From positions 7,228 to 71,227 of the forward strand of contig JAHFMV010000002.1 in assembly GCA_023267655.1 (NCBI GenBank): a DNA stretch of 64,000 bases, given 5' to 3'. Within the stretch, counting starts at the first letter, position 1. Every line of letters starts with the position of its first letter. The position numbers and the translations under genes were made by a program. Positions 1-9,037 of this stretch are shown piece by piece. The stretch is from Candidatus Kaiserbacteria bacterium. GTDB taxonomy: Bacteria > Patescibacteriota > Minisyncoccia > Phycocordibacterales > UBA2100. The notes below the pieces were generated by a model, which worked only from the letters and a program-made list of their open reading frames with translations, did no database searches and was not told where the DNA came from.

Positions 1-745
1 CGGTGTTATTGTGGAAATTATTATTGGTAATCGCAAGATTCTTGTGCGCACCGGGAAGTGACGCGAGCGTCGCTTGCATGTTGATCGGATTATCCACGGT
101 GTCATTTTTGAATTCATTGTTGTTGATGGTGAGACCGGTCGTTGCGTCAGCGCTAATACTATGTGTTCCCGCGCCAGTGCCGGCTTTGTTATTTCCGTCA
201 AAAAGATTTGCCTGGATGAGACAATTCCCCCCGCACTCTGCCCATATGCCGAACGCATTTGCGGTGATGATGTTGTTTCGGATGATTGAGTCTTGGGTGC
301 CGGCCTGACTCCATATACCGGAGTCAAATCCCCCGTTCGAGCCATTTTTAATTGTAAAGCCGTCGATCGTGACATTATTGGCCGTAATGGCGAATGGTGC
401 GTCGGTATCTGTACCATCGACAATAGATTCCGCACCGCGGGCTACATTGCCGGCGACACCCACATTGGCACCGTTAATAGTCAGACTTTTGTTGACCGCC
501 ACATGCTCCGCATACGTCCCCGCCGCGACCGTGATGGTATCTCCCGCAACCGCTTTATTGACGGCTGCCTGGATTGTTTTGCAAGCGGTCCCTGCTCCCG
601 CAGCGAGACATGTGTTGGCGTCATTTCCGGCCGGATCAACAAACCACGGCCCGGCGGCTTGAGCAGGATTACTAAAGGCAAACAATGATACAAGGGCGAT
701 GCCAAGGATGGCCGCAATCGAGAATATTTTTTTAAGTGAGTACAT
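1..745 (-). CDS. Secreted parallel beta-helix (PbH1 / pectate-lyase-fold) repeat protein, N-terminal 247 codons. The C-terminus runs off the window edge.
   Basis: ATG at 745 on the minus strand. Signal peptide MYSLKKIFSIAAILGIALVSLFAFSNPAQA is followed by repeated TIxG/NNxI/NGxN beta-helix-type motifs. The frame stays open to position 1. It is absent from the ORF track because no stop occurs in the window. Confidence 0.55.
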   Translation of the reverse strand, partial: MYSLKKIFSIAAILGIALVSLFAFSNPAQAAGPWFVDPAGNDANTCLAAGAGTACKTIQAAVNKAVAGDTITVAAGTYAEHVAVNKSLTINGANVGVAGNVARGAESIVDGTDTDAPFAITANNVTIDGFTIKNGSNGGFDSGIWSQAGTQDSIIRNNIITANAFGIWAECGGNCLIQANLFDGNNKAGTGAGTHSISADATTGLTINNNEFKNDTVDNPINMQATLASLPGAHKNLAITNNNFHNNT

Positions 746-1121
746 AAGGTAAAAATAAAGATGATAATCGCGATCCCCCGACGATATGAATCGTTGTACG
801 ACAGCCGACCGATGCCTCAACGAAGCGCAAACAAAAAAGTGCCGCCTCGCGTGACGATGTGCGCCAATGCAAAACGACTCAACATTGTTCGTGAGTTACT
901 TTCCCTAGTAATATGTGCCGTCCCTAACAGCATGTGCGGAGTGTCTTCCCCGCAAGACACTGTGATGATACTCGCACACCGGACATGACGCCACTGTGAA
1001 CAGTGGACAACTTTTCCGTGGAAAACTATGCGTACAACCTGACAACAATTCGATATAACGCCTTAAAACGATTTGTGGACAGCGTGGAGATATGTTTGGG
1101 GATAAAAAACTTTTTTACCGT

Positions 1122-1170
1122 GTAAAAAATAAAAAATAATTGGGCGGCGGCTCCGTAGGAAGCCGCCGCC
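1122..1170 (-). terminator. Rho-independent terminator for the 1180..1557 gene.
   Basis: On the minus strand: GGCGGCGGCTTCC-TACG-GAGCCGCCGCC hairpin followed by CAATTATTTTTTATTTTTT. Confidence 0.6.
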
Positions 1171-1179
1171 TTTGCCAAT

Positions 1180-1557
1180 TCACGTGTTGAGCGATTGCCA
1201 ATATTTTACGGCGGCTCCCAACAAGAACGGGACGAGAACGAATGACACGAAATTTATATCACCTGAAGTTACGCCCCCGACATGGCTGACGAGTTCGCAC
1301 TGAAGCGCCGTCACGAGTACGAGTGCGAGAACCGTGAGAAATGCCGGCAACATCAGGTAACCAATCATTAGTGCCGCGACCATAGCAGGAATGCCCGCCG
1401 GCCAATGTTGCTTGAACACGATGACGCACATCTGCATAAACGTGACCTCGAGAATTTCCGTGGTCTCTTGCATGGTAGTACCCTCCGGTGCAATGAAAGC
1501 TAATGCGACACTACCATGCACCAATACAAAGAGAAAGGGCGACCGTGGGTCGCCCAA
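1180..1557 (-). CDS. Small hydrophobic membrane protein (hypothetical).
   Basis: 125-aa ORF with two or three predicted TM helices. A terminator lies immediately downstream. The internal start MQETTEILEV is also possible. Confidence 0.4.
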   Translation of the reverse strand: MGDPRSPFLFVLVHGSVALAFIAPEGTTMQETTEILEVTFMQMCVIVFKQHWPAGIPAMVAALMIGYLMLPAFLTVLALVLVTALQCELVSHVGGVTSGDINFVSFVLVPFLLGAAVKYWQSLNT

Positions 1558-1575
1558 ACTGAACGAGTGAGGTGA

Positions 1576-1806
1576 TCAACTCGTCGATACGCCGATGACA
1601 TGTTCGAGCACCGCTTCATGCACGATTCGAGGCAGCGTCTTTGAATCTCTGCTGAATTCGGCGAACCTGTCGAGCGCGACGTCCGAGGCGAGCCCCTGCA
1701 GATCGCACAAGTGAAGAAACGCGGCTCGGTTGTCGTCCAATCCAAACTGCTTTCGAGCGCGCCGCAAAAGCGTATCGGGCGTCAGGTCGATTTGTTGATG
1801 TGTCAC
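1576..1806 (-). CDS. Hypothetical protein.
   Basis: 76-aa ORF directly upstream of, and co-oriented with, the membrane protein gene. Confidence 0.3.
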   Translation of the reverse strand: MTHQQIDLTPDTLLRRARKQFGLDDNRAAFLHLCDLQGLASDVALDRFAEFSRDSKTLPRIVHEAVLEHVIGVSTS

Positions 1807-1931
1807 CTTATTACTCCTTCTCTCTGGAGGCTCCTAAAAATATAAGTATAAAGTATCGATACATGCCTTCCTTGAACATATGTGTGTATAAGAGGGGCGG
1901 CAAAGTCCCTGGGACTTTGCCGCCTGTAATC

Positions 1932-3035
1932 CTAAATGTGCGTTTGCCACCCATAAGCATCGTGGTCGCCGCTGATGGATCGCGCAACGCTGTCTTTGTC
2001 CGTCTCGTTCAATCGTTCAGCACGTGCAAGCTTGCCAAGCACATTGTCATCGTAGTATCGCAAACTTGATGCGAGAACATCGATTTCACGCGAGAGCAGG
2101 ACGTCATACGGCCGCGGCATGAACAGATCATTAATGTTGTCAGTGCCGAGGCGCACTTCGATGCCGGCAAGGATCAATTCACGCACGCGAGCCACTGAAT
2201 TGTGTATCGGTGCGGTCTTGTTGCGCATTTGCCGCATTGAAATCGCCGCGTGCGGACACACGACGACACCGATATTGGTCTCGCGCAGTCCATCGAGAAG
2301 ACGCTTGAACCGGTTTTCGTCGTACGACGACGGCGAAACCATGTGGACGGCCCAGATTTGCGGCCTATCGGCCGAAGTAAGCCGACTGTTTACCAACCAC
2401 CGCGTTGCCTGCACGAGCTTTTTTGTGCCGTCTTCTTCTGCAGTGTTGGTCTGGTCGACATGCACCTGGAGTGGAATCTTCAGCTCGATCGCAAGTTCGA
2501 TGAGAATCGCAAGGTGACCATTGAATCCCACAGTGTGATCCGACCGCTCATCGCGTTCTGGCAGTCCGACAAGAAACTGCGCGCGTGAAGCCAATTCTTT
2601 CAAATGTAGGTGTCGATCCGACCCGCGATCTTTGAAACCGAAGATTGGGTACGCACCGACATTGATCGTGATCTGCTTCTCGTATTTCTTGCGCAACTCA
2701 AGCGCCACTTCGAAAGCACGGCCCTTGATATCGGGCGAGCAGTCGACAACCGCGTTTACTACCTTCTCTCCTGCGGAGATTTTCGCCTCGAAAAGCAATG
2801 TCATCCTATCGACAAGACTCGTGCGGCCGTATGCTTTACCGCGATGCAAAATACCGGTGATGATCTGCTTGCGCGGAAGCGGAGCGTCGATGAACGCCTG
2901 CAAACCTCCCTCGTGCTCGAAGAATTCCGGCTTGAACGTCATTGCCCGATCAGCATGACAATGGAAATCGACATTCCCCTCCGACGGTGACGGCTGTTGT
3001 TCCGATGCCTGAGTATCTGCTTCTCTCTTTGCCAC
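1932..3035 (-). CDS. Amidohydrolase-superfamily metal-dependent hydrolase (cytosine-deaminase-like).
   Basis: N-terminal FHCHAD metal-binding motif. Later motifs QVHVDQ, VVCPHA and GTDNIND are typical of TIM-barrel amidohydrolases. Confidence 0.5.
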   Translation of the reverse strand: MAKREADTQASEQQPSPSEGNVDFHCHADRAMTFKPEFFEHEGGLQAFIDAPLPRKQIITGILHRGKAYGRTSLVDRMTLLFEAKISAGEKVVNAVVDCSPDIKGRAFEVALELRKKYEKQITINVGAYPIFGFKDRGSDRHLHLKELASRAQFLVGLPERDERSDHTVGFNGHLAILIELAIELKIPLQVHVDQTNTAEEDGTKKLVQATRWLVNSRLTSADRPQIWAVHMVSPSSYDENRFKRLLDGLRETNIGVVVCPHAAISMRQMRNKTAPIHNSVARVRELILAGIEVRLGTDNINDLFMPRPYDVLLSREIDVLASSLRYYDDNVLGKLARAERLNETDKDSVARSISGDHDAYGWQTHI

Positions 3036-3104
3036 GGCTCTTCTCCCTTTCTGGAGTGGAAACGAATGTACTGTGTAGCCTAAAAATACAGGGTACCAGA
3101 TCAG

Positions 3105-3148
3105 TAATAAAAAGAAAGCGGCGGTTTTCCCCGTAGGAAAACCCGCCG
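3105..3148 (-). terminator. Rho-independent terminator for the pyrD-like gene.
   Basis: Minus strand: GCGGCGGGTTTTCC-TACG-GGGAAAACCGCCGC followed by TTTCTTTTTATT. The loop sequence CGTAGG is shared with the 1122..1170 terminator. Confidence 0.6.
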
Positions 3149-3158
3149 CTGTGTGCTC

Positions 3159-4043
3159 CTAGAGCCCTTGCAAAAGCTCCCCAAAGATCTTGGGTCCGTA
3201 TTCGAGATACGCGGTCGCCACTTGAATTCCGTCTGCACCGTCGGCTAGATAATCGGCAACATCGTCCGACGTAAAGATGCCGCCGACGCCAATGATGCCG
3301 AATCCATCGCCAAATTCTTTCTTGAACCCGCGCACGACACGGAGCCCGTGTACCTTGAGCGGAGCGCCAGCAAGACCGCCGGTATCGTATTTCTTGCCGT
3401 CTTCTCCAGTGTAATTGAGCGCTGACGTTCCATCCGGCATTTGCAGTCGTTGGTTCGGGATCGTGTTGACCGCTTCGATTCCCCTTACGATCTTGTGCTT
3501 TCTGATCACTGCCGCGAGCGGCGGAATCAATGCATTGTCGACCGGCGAAAGTTTCAGCTCGATATAATTGGTACCGATGTAGTTGCCAACAATAGCAAGA
3601 ATTTCGTCGAGTTCGCCCGGATTGTATGACGGGATCGATTTGCCACCGATCGCGCGGATATTCGGACAGCCCACGTTGAGCACCACACGGTGCACACCGC
3701 ACTCATACGCGAGCGCGGCCATGCGCCCGTATTCGTGCGGCCCATTGAACGCCGCTGCGCTGAAACGAAGTTGTTTGTGCTCTCGCTCCGCAACTTCCAC
3801 CATTTTCGGTAGGACGATTTTCCACCCCTCCGCACCGTTCGCATCGGGTATGCCGAATGCGTTTGCGGATGTACGTGTATCGCCATTGAAGCCATACATC
3901 ACGCCGCTGTTGCCGTCGCGTTTGTGCTCACCTCCCGATCCAACGGTAATTGCCATAACCGCTGTTCGCGCAAGCAATTGGACTTGATCCAAACGCTTTG
4001 CCGTTCCGGCAGCGTTCCCAATTGAAAAGTCGTGCGTTTCCAC
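3159..4043 (-). CDS. pyrD: Dihydroorotate dehydrogenase (class 1, PyrD-like).
   Basis: Motifs LNVGCPN, GGLAGAPL and IIGVGGI are typical of the DHOD/DHPD FMN TIM-barrel. Confidence 0.7.
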   Translation of the reverse strand: METHDFSIGNAAGTAKRLDQVQLLARTAVMAITVGSGGEHKRDGNSGVMYGFNGDTRTSANAFGIPDANGAEGWKIVLPKMVEVAEREHKQLRFSAAAFNGPHEYGRMAALAYECGVHRVVLNVGCPNIRAIGGKSIPSYNPGELDEILAIVGNYIGTNYIELKLSPVDNALIPPLAAVIRKHKIVRGIEAVNTIPNQRLQMPDGTSALNYTGEDGKKYDTGGLAGAPLKVHGLRVVRGFKKEFGDGFGIIGVGGIFTSDDVADYLADGADGIQVATAYLEYGPKIFGELLQGL

Positions 4044-4153
4044 TGGTGTTCTCCATCGTGCTGTGCAGTCTCTCTGTTAGTCTCTCTTGTCCGTCGCGGA
4101 TAGTAGCACGTCGCGAGAACGGCTCAAATGGCGTCATTTGAGCCGATCACGTT

Positions 4154-4360
4154 TTAAAAGTTGTTAATGTCGAGGCCGTTCAATTGGGTTGTGTAGGTTG
4201 AGATGAACTGCGGAAGTGCAAAGACGAGGCCGATCGCGGGGAGGACAACAAGCAATATCGTGACGACGGCAGTCCAGAAAATATATTTGCGTGTCTTCTC
4301 GACGCTCGCATAGATGGCGTCAATTTTCTTTTCCAGTGCGTCAATTCTGTCTTCGGGCAT
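4154..4360 (-). CDS. Small single-pass membrane protein (hypothetical).
   Basis: 68-aa ORF with a central TM helix. It is the last gene of a co-directional cluster of four small genes. Confidence 0.35.
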   Translation of the reverse strand: MPEDRIDALEKKIDAIYASVEKTRKYIFWTAVVTILLVVLPAIGLVFALPQFISTYTTQLNGLDINNF

Positions 4361-4366
4361 AGGTGT

Positions 4367-4639
4367 TTATTGCGCGAGAGCGCGAGACAGCATTGGTGTA
4401 ATGAGGGAGTTCACCGTGCGCTCGAGCACGTCTTGTGTTCCCTCTTCGCGCGCCAAGACAAGAGCGCGTTCCATAAGTAACCCCTCATCGTATGCCTCCG
4501 GTCGGTCGCACGTGCGAAGTAATTGCAGCGTCCGTGCCACGCGTTGCATGCTGGCGTCATACGCGGCATCAGTCGCACGAGCCGCGCGTATGATATCGGC
4601 TCCCAAATTTCCAAAATAAAATGTTGCATTGCGGGTCAT
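4367..4639 (-). CDS. Hypothetical protein.
   Basis: 90-aa ORF. Its start overlaps the stop of the upstream gene by 4 nt, suggesting translational coupling. Confidence 0.35.
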   Translation of the reverse strand: MTRNATFYFGNLGADIIRAARATDAAYDASMQRVARTLQLLRTCDRPEAYDEGLLMERALVLAREEGTQDVLERTVNSLITPMLSRALAQ

Positions 4640-5040
4640 ACGAAAAGTTCAGGGACAAGCCTCTCCACTATCGCATGGATTTGCGCACGTGTCGCCTCAT
4701 CTTTAAGCTCCATTTCGCGATTCCCCTGCGCGGGGCGGATATTAATCAGAGAAATATACTCAATGGCCGCATCATTTCTTTGGTCGACGTATATATTAAA
4801 CCCCCACAAATCGGGCTGCTGCGAACCATGCTTCACAAGTTCGTTATTCGCATCCATGTGCCACTCCCCACCGAGCGCGATAATCTCCTGTCGCACATCA
4901 GCGACCCCCTTGACCATGTCGCGGTATAGCTCCTTAGCAATTTCGCGCACGTCGTCTAAGGCGATCGGTTCGTTGATTATCTTGATGTTCATACAGTATG
5001 GACCGTACCGGTAACGATCCGGTTGCCTTCCGCATGCCAT
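4636..5040 (-). CDS. Hypothetical protein; the likely start is the internal MNIKIINEP.
   Basis: 134-aa ORF. The N-terminal extension looks non-native. The gene is coupled to the downstream gene. Confidence 0.4.
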   Translation of the reverse strand: MACGRQPDRYRYGPYCMNIKIINEPIALDDVREIAKELYRDMVKGVADVRQEIIALGGEWHMDANNELVKHGSQQPDLWGFNIYVDQRNDAAIEYISLINIRPAQGNREMELKDEATRAQIHAIVERLVPELFV

Positions 5041-5095
5041 GCGGACGCTCTACCATTTGAGCTAACGGCCCTCGCACCCAATTTTAACAAAGTGC

Positions 5096-5575
5096 TCATT
5101 GCACTTCCAAGCGGTCAGGCACTGAAGTTTCTTGTGGAGGATTTGCAAGACAGGCTTTCAACCACGCCGTTTGTGTCCAGCCGCATTTTCCGTCGGTTTG
5201 TGGTTCGCAAACGGCTTCCTTGTAGCACCCGTATTCGGCACGATACACGCAATCGGTTATGATGGTCGTTGCTTCGTCCGCAGAAACGCAAAGCTGGGCG
5301 CTGCAGCCGGCGACGGCGCAACCGTTTGCAGACATCGCGCTCGTCGACGTTGCTTGATCGGGGATTTCCTCAACGAACAGTCGTCCGTCTTTGGTGCGAC
5401 ACTGCCGTGGATAACTCTCCATCACCGGATTCCCCGCTGCCGCGCACTCTTCGAAATTGGAAATAATCGGTGTCGTTGCAGGCTGGATATGCGGAGCGAC
5501 TTTCAAGAGAACAAGAGCGATGACGGCGAGAATGCACGCGAGTAAGAGGAGGCCAATTATCTTGAGTGCTTGCAT
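5096..5575 (-). CDS. Secreted cysteine-rich protein (hypothetical).
   Basis: Signal peptide MQALKIIGLLLLACILAVIALVLL followed by about 14 Cys residues in the mature part. Confidence 0.5.
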   Translation of the reverse strand: MQALKIIGLLLLACILAVIALVLLKVAPHIQPATTPIISNFEECAAAGNPVMESYPRQCRTKDGRLFVEEIPDQATSTSAMSANGCAVAGCSAQLCVSADEATTIITDCVYRAEYGCYKEAVCEPQTDGKCGWTQTAWLKACLANPPQETSVPDRLEVQ

Positions 5576-5605
5576 ATCGAATTATTGTATCAAATAACTT
5601 CCCTT

Positions 5606-5676
5606 TGGACTCACCGGGAATCGGACCCGGGCCTCGGCAATGCGAATGCCGCGTAATGCCACTTTACTATGAGCCC
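5606..5676 (-). tRNA. tRNA-Ala (anticodon CGC).
   Basis: Hand-folded cloverleaf: 7-bp acceptor stem with the G3:U70 Ala identity pair; anticodon loop TTCGCAT; T-loop TCCGATT. CCA is not encoded. Confidence 0.8.
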
Positions 5677-5815
5677 TAGCGAGGATCGAAAGAACATGCT
5701 CGCATGTTTTTTCTCCGAGTGACGGGCTCATACGGCTTTCGTGTATGAACCCTAGCTCTGAGCAAAATGAATATATCATATTCATTTTACCGGGGCGACA
5801 AGTTATACTTCGTCC

Positions 5816-6397
5816 ATGGAAGATCTTTTGCAGGCGCTCATCGCCGCTGTCGCGATCGCAGGAATGCTGCTCTATTTCCTCACCAACAGAATCCACGCGC
5901 CGAGCACGTGGTTCTTTCAGGACACATGGCTCGACAAATACATACCACTCGTTCCGTATTTCATCATCGCGTACGTGTGTTTGTATCCGTACATTCTCAT
6001 CACCATCGTACTCATGTGGGACACGCCGCTCTCGACGCAATTTTTCACGTGCTTTTCGATCGCGGCGTGGACGGCCGCACTCATGTGGTATGTGGCACCC
6101 GCCGGCATCGTGCGCCATCGCCGACTCGGTCCTGATTTCTTTTCACAAATGATCGTGTGGCTGTACGAACATGACCAGGAGAACAACACTATTCCGAGCT
6201 CACATGTGTTTTATTCGCTCATTTGTTCATACTTCCTAATGCTCGCGTATCCGCATGTCCAACTTCTCTTTGTCGTGGTCGGCATCCTCATTTCGATCTC
6301 GACGGTTTTCGTTAAACAACACCATCTCGCAGACATCCTCGGCGGCATCGTGTGGGCGGCCGGCTCAATCGCGATCGCAAGCTATCTCGTCGGATAA
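5816..6397 (+). CDS. PAP2-family phosphatase (membrane).
   Basis: Polytopic membrane protein with the PAP2 signature motifs PSSH and KQHHLADILGG. Confidence 0.6.
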   Translation: MEDLLQALIAAVAIAGMLLYFLTNRIHAPSTWFFQDTWLDKYIPLVPYFIIAYVCLYPYILITIVLMWDTPLSTQFFTCFSIAAWTAALMWYVAPAGIVRHRRLGPDFFSQMIVWLYEHDQENNTIPSSHVFYSLICSYFLMLAYPHVQLLFVVVGILISISTVFVKQHHLADILGGIVWAAGSIAIASYLVG

Positions 6398-6419
6398 ATC
6401 GTGCTACGCTAGCGTTCTC

Positions 6420-6491
6420 GCTCTCATAGTTTAATGGATAGAACGCAGGATTCCGGATCCTGTAATGTCAGTTCGATTCTGGCTGGGAGCA
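6420..6491 (+). tRNA. tRNA-Arg (anticodon CCG).
   Basis: Hand-folded: acceptor GCTCTCA/TGGGAGC; D-stem GTTT/GAAC; anticodon loop TTCCGGA; T-arm GTCAG-TTCGATT-CTGGC; discriminator A. Confidence 0.8.
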
Positions 6492-6532
6492 AACGTTGAA
6501 TTTTTATAATTTCAGAGTACTGTTGCTTCCAG

Positions 6533-7378
6533 TTGTTCGACCGTGCGATTGCAATCCTGCAACGCGGGTCTTTGACAATGGAGAGAATTATGACTGCTAA
6601 TAGGTCTCCCGCGGTACAAAATCAACTTCCGTCGCGTAAAGATGTGCTCACCGCCCTGCAGTGTGCGTTCGTGGCCATTACGGTGGTCACGGGTCTTTTC
6701 AAGACAAATGCGCTGCCCCTCGCGATACTTGCTGTGGGCGGACTCGTTTTCGGGATCGCACATATACTATCCGATTCCGGAAAATGGTTCAGGATCAGCG
6801 AGCAGCATCGAGCTTATTCCCCCAGTGGATACTTCCCGAATCGCGCACAATACTTCGTCGCAATCGGTTGGATGCCAATCGTGATGATCGCCGGTTGGTT
6901 GTATCTCATACCGTTTCCGTGGCCGATGCAAGTGATTGAGCGCGGCGATGGAACGCTACTGTACGAGCAGTGGCCATCCATGACACGCTTCAACACCTTT
7001 ACCGATAGCGTGTACAACTACACGACAGATCAATCGGTGGCATTTGAATCAGGCCATCCTCTGATTTGCTCGGCCACAACAAAGGATGGTTTCGGCGTCA
7101 AAGCACGAATTGGTGCGACACTGAATTTGTCTTTTGACGGCTTGCGCGCGGCGTACGCTGTTGGTGGAAACAAACGAGCCCTGGAGGCTGCTGTCCGGAA
7201 TGAGCTTTGCACTCGTTTTGCAAGCACCATTCACACCTACATGATCACCGAAGTGCCAATGCAGCTGGTCGTTGAGGCTAAGACTTCGGAAGAAAAGCGT
7301 GGCATGAATGCGCTCGGCGTGAAATACTCGGGAATCTTCCAAGTCGGTCGACTCGAGGTACATGCAACGCAACCGTAG
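6533..7378 (+). CDS. Membrane protein with an N-terminal TM segment and a possible SPFH/band-7-like C-terminal domain (hypothetical).
   Basis: 281-aa ORF. The true start is probably MERIM or MTANRSP. A strong terminator follows. Confidence 0.45.
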   Translation: MFDRAIAILQRGSLTMERIMTANRSPAVQNQLPSRKDVLTALQCAFVAITVVTGLFKTNALPLAILAVGGLVFGIAHILSDSGKWFRISEQHRAYSPSGYFPNRAQYFVAIGWMPIVMIAGWLYLIPFPWPMQVIERGDGTLLYEQWPSMTRFNTFTDSVYNYTTDQSVAFESGHPLICSATTKDGFGVKARIGATLNLSFDGLRAAYAVGGNKRALEAAVRNELCTRFASTIHTYMITEVPMQLVVEAKTSEEKRGMNALGVKYSGIFQVGRLEVHATQP

Positions 7379-7388
7379 TTGCGATGTC

Positions 7389-7426
7389 GGCGGCGCGCCC
7401 CCCAAAGGCGCGCCGCTTTCTTTTCT
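7389..7426 (+). terminator. Rho-independent terminator.
   Basis: GGCGGCGCGCC-CCCCCAAA-GGCGCGCCGC followed by TTTCTTTTCT. Confidence 0.65.
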
Positions 7427-7460
7427 ACCCCAGGCCGTTGAAAATCAGTCACTAAAGAAC

Positions 7461-7510
7461 GCGCTCGCTTCCCGAAGGTTGCGAGCGAGGTTCGATTCCT
7501 CGTCGAGGCA
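7461..7510 (+). other. tRNA-like 3' fragment: stem-loop, canonical T-arm and acceptor 3' strand, with no 5' half.
   Basis: CGAGG-TTCGATT-CCTCG T-arm followed by TCGAGGC-A. It is preceded by a CGCTCGC...GCGAGCG hairpin. No complementary 5' acceptor strand (GCCTCGA) lies upstream. Confidence 0.35.
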
Positions 7511-7604
7511 CTGCAAAGAAGAAAAATATCGCTGACCATCCTATATTGCAAATGTAAGCATAATCAGTAGAGTGATCTGTGGGTTGCAACGGTGAGGTGT
7601 ACCA

Positions 7605-8048
7605 ATGGCGAGAATACCTTTGTACTGCATAGAAAGCGTGATGCGGAAGATTTACGAGGGAATCCAACAAGGACTTGTTGCCCACACGATAGCACTGACC
7701 ATCAGCGAAAAAGAGGCTGGCAAAATCGTAACCGGGAAAGACATTACGTCATTGTGGATGCATTTTCAGGGCAAGGCAGCGTTCAAGACAGAGATGCGGA
7801 GCCGTTCGCTTACCGATAAGCCCCTTGCTGATCCGTTGCCGATTATTCGAGAAAAACTATTTTCCGAAGCCGAATTACGCGCGTTGTGTCTGCATTTGGC
7901 ACGTGGAAAAAGCTGGCCAGAGGTGCTTCGAACCATTGGACGAATTGAAGTCAATCAAGATCGAGCCCGCTCGTATATCGTGAGACGCTTCGACAGCGTC
8001 GCGGATTTCATCATCAAGTACAGACATGAATCCGCGAAACGGGCGTAG
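7605..8048 (+). CDS. Hypothetical protein with a possible C-terminal HTH.
   Basis: 147-aa ORF. A terminator lies at 8059..8086 (AGCGCCGC-ATTTCC-GCGGCGCT-TTT). Confidence 0.45.
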   Translation: MARIPLYCIESVMRKIYEGIQQGLVAHTIALTISEKEAGKIVTGKDITSLWMHFQGKAAFKTEMRSRSLTDKPLADPLPIIREKLFSEAELRALCLHLARGKSWPEVLRTIGRIEVNQDRARSYIVRRFDSVADFIIKYRHESAKRA

Positions 8049-8155
8049 TCCAAGCCAAGCGCCGCATTTCCGCGGCGCTTTTATATAACGAAAGGGCGAC
8101 GTCTGTGATACGCCGCCCTCTACATGATGTCACTGCTGCTTGTTCACTGCAGAAG

Positions 8156-8587
8156 CTAAAGATACTCCGGATGCGAGCTGTGGCACGATGAGTACCGACT
8201 ACCGGTAATTCTCACAAACTCCTGCAATGCCCTGCTTACATGCTCATTGTGCGTCGCTTCGGTCGCTGGCCAGAGATAACACAGGTTGAATTTCACCTGC
8301 ATTGTCCGATCAAACTCGCGCTCCGGATACGTATGTATCGCAGCATCGGACGACGTCAAAATTGCCGTTGCCGTGTATCCGAAATTCTTGCCGAACGGAT
8401 GACATTGCACGCGCAGTTCACCTGCCTCGTCCTTCGGAATCTCAAATCCCGATTTTTCGAGTGCTTCGATAAACATTTTTTTGATTTCTGCTTCTCCGAG
8501 TTGTGATAGCAGCATACGCAACTTGCGACATTTCTTGAAGACAAGCGTATGCGTCTGCGTGTAGGGTCGAAACGATTCCGTTTTCAT
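8156..8587 (-). CDS. speH: S-adenosylmethionine decarboxylase proenzyme (SpeH-type).
   Basis: Length about 140 aa, and an AIHTYPE-like motif resembling the pyruvoyl-enzyme signature ESHISIHTWPE. Confidence 0.5.
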   Translation of the reverse strand: MKTESFRPYTQTHTLVFKKCRKLRMLLSQLGEAEIKKMFIEALEKSGFEIPKDEAGELRVQCHPFGKNFGYTATAILTSSDAAIHTYPEREFDRTMQVKFNLCYLWPATEATHNEHVSRALQEFVRITGSRYSSCHSSHPEYL

Positions 8588-8756
8588 CGAACCTTCCTCC
8601 GGTTAAGAACTTTTCAGCAGTCTGCGCGTAGTATACAAACCATGACTCTAAGCACAAGAGTTTTTTTGAAATATGTGCATAACTTTTTTATGCTTGCGTC
8701 TCTGAAAATATTGTATATCGTGCTCTTGGGCTCCAGGACAACAGCAGGAGCAAACA

Positions 8757-8999
8757 ATGGGTGATGATCTTCTATCTGATGAAAATTTGAGATTTGCGAG
8801 GACCGTGTTTGACTTTACCGCAGAGAAAGATCTTTCTGCGCATGATATCGCGAACAAAATTAACGCATTAAAGTTCATGGATCCAGTGACGACTGCTGAT
8901 GTCGAAGAGTTTTGGGAGCGTTACGGTGGTCGTAAAAAATTCCGGCGACGTTTCCGCAATGAGCTCAAGAGCCGCAAAAAAGCCAATGCTGGCTCATAA
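8757..8999 (+). CDS. Hypothetical protein.
   Basis: 80-aa ORF. A bidirectional terminator follows at about 9008..9040 (AGGCGCCGCATTGCATGCGGCGCCTGTTTTTT). Confidence 0.35.
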   Translation: MGDDLLSDENLRFARTVFDFTAEKDLSAHDIANKINALKFMDPVTTADVEEFWERYGGRKKFRRRFRNELKSRKKANAGS

Positions 9000-9037
9000 C
9001 CGAAGAAAGGCGCCGCATTGCATGCGGCGCCTGTTTT

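Noticed and set aside
5691-5715. Plus-strand rho-independent terminator (AACATGC-TC-GCATGTT-TTTTCT).
   Set aside because: No plus-strand gene lies upstream of it. It more probably forms part of the duplicated tRNA-Ala leader structure, so it is not called as a terminator.
7426-7510. tmRNA or a complete class II tRNA interpretation of the T-arm-containing sequence.
   Set aside because: No 5' acceptor strand is complementary to TCGAGGC. No D-arm, no tag-peptide reading frame and no adjacent smpB. Only the 3' T-arm/acceptor part is tRNA-like.
7452-7685. 77-aa minus-strand ORF in the track (..RRGIEPRSQPSGSERVL).
   Set aside because: The GIEPRS-type peptide is the usual artefact of translating a tRNA-like T-arm on the opposite strand. 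It lies in a terminator/tRNA-like spacer.
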